64,000 bases of DNA. Source: the human T2T-CHM13v2.0 reference genome, Homo sapiens. Every line of letters begins with the position of its first letter. Position 1 is the stretch's first letter. The translations under genes were made by a program, and so were the position numbers. The stretch lies in assembly GCF_009914755.1 (NCBI RefSeq), contig NC_060937.1; one strand, given 5' to 3'. The notes below the pieces were generated by a model. That model was given only the letters and a program-made list of their open reading frames with translations. It had not been told where the DNA came from and did no database searches. Of the stretch, positions 55,736 to 64,000 are shown piece after piece.

Positions 55736-56698
55736 TGTGGTATATTTAGCTTAATATAATTTGGTAGTTGAATTGCCAGGGTAATAAATGAAATAATGAG
55801 TTACAAAACTTATGAAAGTTATTTCAGGCCATGAGTTAAGGGTACATGTTCAAAATTTTTAGTAAAAATGAAAAAATATATTTACCTCACTAAAAGTAAA
55901 TATTGCTTGATAATGATGATCTATGGTAATTTCAATCTAGTTTAATTAATGATGTATCTGATTAACATACGCTAAAACTGAAACTGCTTATGACAATGTT
56001 CTTTGGTACAAATAAAGGATTTATATAAGTAGTCACAATTTTCAGTGCTTTAGATTTCATTGTTCACATATCAAATACACCTTTTTACATGCCTTATTTT
56101 TTTCCTTTGTTGGTCTGTTTATTCTTAACTCCTCCTCTTAAAATAGCCAAAGAAGCTATTAATGCCTTTAGACTATAACTGAGAACTTTTACTACCAACA
56201 CTTCAAGACATAAGTTGAAACCACAGGTTTGTACCTAAGTAAAACAAGAAAATCTAACATTTTTTAAAACTTAAACTCATTTAATTAAGAATTCATGGGA
56301 TCCTTAGTGTGCCTAGATATTTGCTAATACAGAAATGCAAACTTGGTTTCCTTTATATTACTTAATTTTTGACACAGTTTCCAGAAATGTTTTCAGGTGA
56401 AAGTGAAAACTTTCTATGTGCAAATAATCAATATTAAAGTTTCACTTCAATGCAAAAGATTTAAATATTTTTTCCTAGCTTAATTCAATAATAGCTTATC
56501 TGCCCACTTCACCTTGATATGATCTCTTTGATGCAATAAATTAAAATTAATGTGAATCAATATATTACAGTAGTAAACAAAATTAGCAACTACTCATTTT
56601 GGTGATTACACATATTCTCTGGCAGTAATGTATGTTCAAATTTGGAATATTTTTTTAATTTTTAAAAGGTCATATGCTAGATACAAAATCCTCAAATT

Positions 56699-57021
56699 AA
56701 TCACATCCTTTGCAGCAACATGGAAACAGCTAGAAACCATTATCCTAAGCAAAGTAAAGCAGAAGCAGAAAACCAAATACCACATGTTCTCACTTATAAC
56801 TGGGAGCTAAAATATTCTACACAAAGAGTAGAATAATAGACACTGGGGACTACTAGAGAGGAGAGGGAGGGGACAAGGGTTGAAAAATTACCTATTGGCT
56901 ACTATGCTCACTATCTGCATGACAAGATCAATTGTACTCCTAATCTCCGCTCACACATTACACACATGAAACAAACCTGCAATGTACCTCTTGAATCTAA
57001 AATAAAAGCTGAAATTTTTTT
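56699..57021 (+). mobile_element. L1PB 3' end
   Basis: CCTTTGCAGCAACATGG ... GAATCTAAAATAAAAG; degenerate TSD AAAATCCTCAAATT / AAAACCTTCAAAATT. Confidence 0.85.
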
Positions 57022-58639
57022 AAAACCTTCAAAATTATAAAAGGGAATTAAATATGGCATTTCAGAAACATTTTGCCCTGTAATTATCTAATTCTTATAG
57101 AAGTATTGTTGCTTGGATGCATGGTAAGACAATGATATCCATGTTAGAAAATATACTCTTAACCCATTGTTATTAATTTTTAAAAGGCAAGCAAGACTAA
57201 TGTTACAACCCCCATCTCAGTGGAGGTTAAGCCTTTAACATGGGAATTGGGGAAGTGGCACAATTCAGTCCAGACCACTTGCTTATCCATTTTAATGTTA
57301 CGTATTGTTTGAATTCATAACTTACCAAAAAAGCATATATAAGTACTATAATCTTTCAACTCATATTAATAGGACTAAATCTGAACTATATTGAAATTAG
57401 AAGGATCGTTTTTGCCTATTGTTTTCTAACATCTACAGCCATTAAAAATAGTGAAGAAAGTCTTATTTTCACTTCCCTTCTGAAATATCACAACCTCTTT
57501 ATAGAGCAAAATTCTTTTCTTTTCAGTTTTTCTCTCAATTTGAAGTATTTCTGGGGACGTAGCTGCTAGATTATATTACTCTATGACTTGCAAAGTTAAG
57601 GAAGTATTCTCTTTGTCTTTTCAGTAAATTGTGCAGCCAAAATATTACCACTCACTAAGTAAATGTTAGTCATTTCATAAGAAAAATAAATTGCTTTTAA
57701 AAATCCATGTATTTAAAAACAAATATTTAAGCATTTATATAATTGTTCACATTCAAATCTCCTGCAAATTAATAAAATGCATGTTTCACTATTTCAGCAT
57801 TTTTGTTTTGTATCATATATTTAAAGATGTGCTCGCTATGCTTATAAATTTTTAAATCTCGCGAGAATTTTCTGATTTAATTTTTTTCTATCATAGCCAG
57901 GATAACAAAAGATGTATGTTAACCATCACTTATTCCTCTCCACCTCCACACAGTCATACAGACACACACATAAATATAATTGAACAGGTACATGCACATA
58001 TTCATGTTCTATTTCCATCACTTCAAAAATCATTGGAAAATATTTTTAATAATTAGAGGTTTAATGGAGATTTACTTTTAATTCACAGTCTTTGTGAAAT
58101 TAATGTATTTTTCCATATTAGTTGCACTATGAATACATAATGTACCACATTTTATATATTTATTTTTGTATATAGAACATGAGCTCTCTAAAGGTGTAAT
58201 CTTATCTTTGTCGATTTGATTTCTTTCTGAAAATTGACAATGAACCTTACACATGTTAAGGGATTAGTAAGTGATTGTTAAATATGTAAAGGATTTATAG
58301 AATTTAATTTTCAAAAATATAAACACAGATAAGCAGTGTTACTTGATAAAGTATATACTGGAAATCAAAAGACATAAATAAAGACTGAGAACATAGTTTT
58401 GAAATAAAACTATGGGGTTTTGAAAATAAACCTAAGAGCTTTATGTTAAAATCAGGTGAAACAAAATTTCCACGATACATACTCTTCCAAGTTAGGTAAA
58501 GTACATACAGAACTTTAGGAATATTAGGTTAGAATGAATAATATTTATTATTCTTTAAGCAACTAATTTTTAGCATATCTTGAATTTGACCAGTGGATAT
58601 ACCCGAGTGTATGTAATATAATAATTTACTCAAATATGT

Positions 58640-59755
58640 TTGTTTAACTGACATATAAAATTGTATGTAGTTATCATGTATAACATTATATTTTGAAGTA
58701 TATATACATTGTGAAATTCTTAAATCTAGGCTATTAACAAATATATTACCTCACAGTTATATTTTTGTGATGAGAACATTTAACATCCCCTCTCTTCGCA
58801 ACTTTCAAGAATACAATATATTGTCATTGAATATCGTTACCACGCTGAATAGCAGATCTTTTGAACTTATTTATTCCTCCTCTCTAACTGTAAATATGCA
58901 TTATTTGACGAACAATGTATTATTTAATGCAACACTCCCCCGAACTGCCCCAGTGTCTGGCAACCACCATTCTACTCTTCTATAAGATCAGCTTCTTCAG
59001 ATTCCACATATGAATGATACCAACTATTATTTGTCTCTCTGTGCCTGGCTTATTTCACTTGACATAATGTCTTCCAGATTCACCCATGGTGTTGCAAATG
59101 GCAGGATTTCTTTCTTTTACAGTTAAATAATATTTCATTGTATATACCACATTTTATTTATCCATTTGCCTGTTGGTGGACACTAAGATTGCTTCCATAT
59201 TTTAATCACTGTGAATAATGTTGTAATAAACATGAGAGTGCAAATATCTTTTTGAAATACTGATTTCATTTCCTTTGGCTATAAACTCAGCATTGGGAAT
59301 GCTGGATCATATAGGAGATCTATTTTTAATTTTTTGACAAACCTCCACACTTTTTTCATAATGGTTTTACCAATTTATATTCCCACAAAAGAAGGATTCC
59401 CTTTTTTCCATATTTTTACCAATACTTGTTATCTTTTTTCTTTTTGGTAATAGCCATTTCAACTGGTGTGAGGTAATATCTTATTGTTGTTTTGATGAGC
59501 ATTTTCCTGATGTTTAGCAATGCTAAGCCTCTTTTTCATATAACTGCTAGTCATCTTCATGTCTTCTTTTGAAAAATGTCTATTCAGATCTTTTTTCCAT
59601 TTTTTAAAATTGGGGTTTTTTCTTGCTATTGAGTTGTATGGATTCCTTATATATTTTAGATTGATTGACCTCTTATCAGATGGTGTGCAAATATTTTCTC
59701 CCACTCTATAGATTGTCTATTCACTCCAGTGATTGTTTCCTTTGCTGTGCAAAGA
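58640..59755 (-). mobile_element. L1MA 3' region
   Basis: GATTCCACATATGAATGA, GTGCCTGGCTTATTTCACTT, GTTTCCTTTGCTGTGCA. Confidence 0.88.
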
Positions 59756-60872
59756 AAATGTACCCAGTGTATTATCCTTTGCTAATTTGACTGCAATACT
59801 TTAGATTAACAATAATAATTGACTTGCTTACTGATTATGCTTTCCCTTGAAGCGTAAATGTCTTTATATAGTCTGCATGTGTTGGCAGACCTCCAACTTT
59901 TATTTTGTATAACACAATCAGAATCGTATTTCTAAAGCAAACAAATACATTTCAAAGTATTATATTTTAGGAAAACATTCAACAGACTACCCTATAACTT
60001 CCTAAAAATTCAGAAACTCTGGAAGGCCAAGAGCTGAGCACTTTAGAGTCACCTATTGCTCACAGCAGACAAAGAATGGCCCCTTCCAGTAATTGCTCTA
60101 ACAGCTGCCAAGTTAGTCTTTTAGCTGGCACAGTGGCTTAAATTCTCAGCTACAGCCTGCCTCATCAACCAATCAGGAAGTATAATGGCTATATATTTTT
60201 AAAGCGTTTCTCCTGGCAGGAACCCTCTTGATGATTCAAAGAAGTCTTGGGCTGCAACAGCTACAACTACTGTGGCCCCCAGACTCTTCCTCATCAATGT
60301 GACCAAGCTTTGAGGACTGTCCTATTCTGTATTCTGCAAGAATAAGGCTGGAAAAATAGAGAATAATATTTGTAAAAGCAAAATAAAAACAAACACACAA
60401 ATCCTTTCACTTGGGTTTTAGAAAATAGCAAGGAATAGATAAAATAAACTTAGGGATTGTGTCTAAACATGCTATCTGAATATTATCCCAACATGTAACC
60501 TTCATATACATAATAAAGCAAATAAATATTATATCAATATCTCAATTCCAAAAATGCAGTAAAATCTGAATCATTTCTTATAGCAAAAAGTATCAATGTT
60601 TAGACACACTAATTGTTATTTAAAATGATAAACAGATATATAAAAATCATAATCTTCATGTGAACTTAATTCAAAAAATAATTGAGCTGCTAGAAGACAT
60701 AAAATTAGTACAACATAATTGTTACCATCAGGAAATTACAGATCAGTGAGAGCACATGAAGAGGTTATTTTCATACATGAGGTAAGTGTCTTTGAATTTG
60801 GCAGCAAAAAAAGAAAAAAAAAATTCAGTATTCATGGTGACATTCATGGTAAGTGCATTTCATTATGCTCTG

Positions 60873-61146
60873 ATATTTTATAATATTACATTATAAAATA
60901 TAATAAAATTATATTTTATAATTTTACATTCCACCTATGGTATATAAATATATATACATATATGTATGGCACATACATATATGTATTTTATATTCCACCT
61001 ATAGTATATACATATATATACATATAGGTATGGCATATACATATATGTATGGTATATAAATATATATACACAGCATAGGTGGAATATAAAATACATATAT
61101 GTATGTTATATACATATGTATACTATATATGAAATATAAATATATA
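60873..61146. repeat. AT-rich palindromic cluster: two short hairpins, a 64-bp tandem repeat and a perfect 32-bp inverted repeat
   Basis: Arm 60971-61002 is the exact reverse complement of 61075-61106. Confidence 0.9.
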
Positions 61147-61560
61147 TATTTCTTATCTGAATTCACTCTCTGTTTATATTCATATGTGTTTGTGTGTGTA
61201 TAAAAACTATGCCATCCATCTGCACTACTGGCTATGAGAATGAAGTTATACAGCTTTCTGACATGTGAAAAGTAGTATATGTAAGCCAAATGCACCAAAA
61301 TTAATCTTTTTGAAATCAAACATAATACCCATTGCCAAAATATTTTCTTCAAAAGAAGTATTATTTTCTTATATTTGACTTTCGAAGCCATATTCATTGC
61401 TTCAAAATTGCACTTTAACAATAGCATATTTTCAGTACAGGTACTTATAAAATAAATTAAATAACATAATTCAAACTTAGTAAGTTTGTGTGCTTTAAAA
61501 ACAAATTCAGGAACTACAGAAATCATTCAAATGACACAAGCAAAAATAAATGTGTATAAA

Positions 61561-61598
61561 GATTAGATAGATAGGTAGATGATAGATACATGATAGAT
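61561..61598. repeat. Imperfect (GATA)n
   Basis: Seen directly. Confidence 0.8.
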
Positions 61599-61796
61599 TT
61601 AAAACAGCAGACAAGACAATAAATTTCTCTTATATACTGACAAGAACAATAAATAATGTAGCTGAGTAATAATTTGAATTAATGAATATGCATATATAAT
61701 ATTCTATACACAAGATAAATTAATTAACTTACATTAGAGCTTACTATCCTTAATAACTTAAATTGACTCTCCTAATTTTTCCATTAAAGTAAACTT

Positions 61797-62457
61797 CACT
61801 CTAACTGATGTGATATGGTATCTCATTGTGCTTTTGATTTGCATTTCCCTAATGACCAGTGATGACGAGCTTTTTTTTGATATGTTTGTTGGCCGCATAA
61901 ATATCTTCTTTTGAGAACCATTTGACCCAGCAATTCCATTACGTTGTATATATCCAAAGGATTATAAATCATTCTACTATAAAGACACATGCACATATAT
62001 ACTTATGGCAGCATTATTCACAATAGCAAAGACTTGGAACCAACCCAAATGCCCATCAATGATAGACTGGATAAAGAAAATGTGGCACATATACACCATA
62101 TAATATTATGCAGCCATGAAAAACGATGAGTTCATGTCCTTTGCAAGGACATGGATGAAGCTGCAAACCATCATTCTCAGCAAACTAACACAGTAACAGA
62201 AAACCAAACACCAAATGTTCTCACGCATAAGTGACAGTTGAACAATGAGAACACATAGACACAGGGAGGGGAACATCACACACTGGGGCCTGTGGGGAGT
62301 GGGGGCCTAGGGGAGGGACAGCATTAGGAGAAACACCTAATGTAGATGATGGGTTGATGGGTGCAGGCTACCACCATGGCACATATATACCTATGTAACA
62401 AACCTGCACATTCTGCACATGTATCACAGAACTTAAAGTACAATACAAAAAAAAAAA
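61797..62457 (+). mobile_element. Short 5'-inverted L1PA (about PA7-10): antisense 61797-61917, sense 61918-62457
   Basis: Junction TCTTCTTTTGAGAA|CCATTTGACCCAGCAAT; L1PA 3' UTR and poly(A). Confidence 0.92.
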
Positions 62458-63029
62458 GTACATTTTCAAATCTAAATATTGATTGTTGTGCTGCCAACAT
62501 TTTAAACATAGCCAAATTATATCTTCATCATGAAAACAGTTGTAAGAATTGCTTATAATTTCTCTTTAGTGTATCAAAATGTGTCACACTCAAACTTGAC
62601 TTAATTTCCCACACAATTTCAATAAACTTTGTAAAGGATTCATGACTTTGTAAACCCAAGATACAAAAGTGTAGTTTCTCCTCTATTCTGCCCTCCAGAT
62701 CTTTTAGAACAATGTGAATGCATGGGTTTCATAAAATTCATCATTAGGAAGTGCTGTCTGGCAAGCACTCTCATTTTTTTTTTCCAGTAGCCAAAGGGAG
62801 CTCTAGAAATCTGCAAGCCAGCAACAGCTTAATCTTATGGTGGACTCTTGATGCTATAAATCCATAACTAAGCAGGGGCGGCTGAAAATGAATGCAGCTT
62901 TTCTTGAATAATGCTTGTTCTGGAAAAAGAAAGTGTCTGATATGTTGTTTTTCCAACTGCTTCTTTACCAAATAGATTCAAACTATATTGACACCTGTAA
63001 CAACTAATAATATAAAGGCAAAACAATAA

Positions 63030-63270
63030 TAGTAGCTAAAATTGATTTAGCACCTACAATGTGCTAGAAAGCGTATTATGTATTTTACATGAATTATCTC
63101 AACTAATCCTCTTACAAAAGTAGGTTTTAATATTTTAAACATATTTTAGATGAGGAAACAAAGATATTTATTTCAATAAATAACATTTTAAATCTACTAA
63201 GAGGCAGAAATAGGATTGAAATCATAAGGAATGTTTGCACATACCTATGTTTTTAATCACTGCACTATCT
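63030..63270 (-). mobile_element. MIR
   Basis: AGCACCTACAATGTGCTAG ... TTTTAGATGAGGAAAC. Confidence 0.65.
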
Positions 63271-64000
63271 GTGCAAAAGTCCATATAGTAAAAAGCAATG
63301 AAACAATCAAAAGGACTCATACTACTATGTTTGAAACTATTGTATTTCCATAATGAATTATTGAATTAAAAAATGCAATAAAATATTTTTTTAGTTTCAG
63401 TCACTTTTCCTAAACAATGATTTGAAAGAAAAAACACTATATAATTTAGACATTTATTCACTTCCTTATATAAGCACCTTTCTAGAATGCCATTTAGAAG
63501 AAAGAGTCTGCATTTTAATTGTCTTCTGTTAAAATATTATCAACTTCACCAAAATAATCCAAAATGAGGGGGCCTTACATGCATTATTTGATATTGGATA
63601 TGTACAGATGAGTCCACTAATCAAAGTAAGGACATCCTAAGCATAATTAACATGCATGAATTAATGTTTGTGTAAACAAACATGTAAGGCACTTTAATCT
63701 CTGAGAAACTGTATCTCCATAAAGCTGATCAACATATCTGCTTGATTTTTTTCCCTCAGTGAACACACATGGCAAGACTAAAACTTAACAGCTTACCTAT
63801 TGCTCACTTTGTATAAGAAAATTTTTCAATAATCCAAGCTGAATTTATTATGATAATCCATTCCGTATCAAAAGGTCTTATGCAAATGACATGGAATGCT
63901 GCCAAAACATAGCACGGGACCTGAGGTAGTGTTTTATTTTTATTATTGTGCTTTTCAGAATAAGTTATCAGGTTAACTTAGCTACACACTTTCCTTCAGT

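Noticed and set aside
60999-61526. 175-aa minus-strand ORF
   Set aside because: AT-rich, ends in the TA palindrome, no recognisable domain, non-ATG start

Overview
This is 64 kb of very AT-rich primate genomic DNA (human or great ape, given AluY and L1PA3-type elements). It looks like a gene desert or a large intron. I found no protein-coding gene, RNA gene, CpG island or processed pseudogene that I can support. The long ORFs in the track come from (TA/CA)n repeats, Alu, L1 or LTR fossils. The window is a layered set of transposon fossils: an ERVL provirus 3' end (integrase, dUTPase, MLT2 LTR), ten Alus or Alu fragments, several L1s (three 5'-inverted), MaLR LTRs, Tigger/Charlie DNA transposons, and L2/MIR. 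The structures most worth a second look are local rearrangements: (1) a TA-rich scar at 3.2-3.9 kb holding an inverted LTR fragment and a 68-bp copy of sequence from 1.1 kb upstream; (2) a ~170-bp duplication 3.1 kb apart with an AP-1 motif kept in both copies; (3) a perfect 32-bp inverted repeat within nested AT palindromes at ~61 kb; (4) a ~590-bp purine/pyrimidine-alternating VNTR grown from an Alu linker; (5) a nested L2>Alu>inverted-L1 insertion. I found no evidence of a new multi-gene biological system. Repeat subfamily names come from my memory of consensus sequences, and boundaries of old repeats are approximate.
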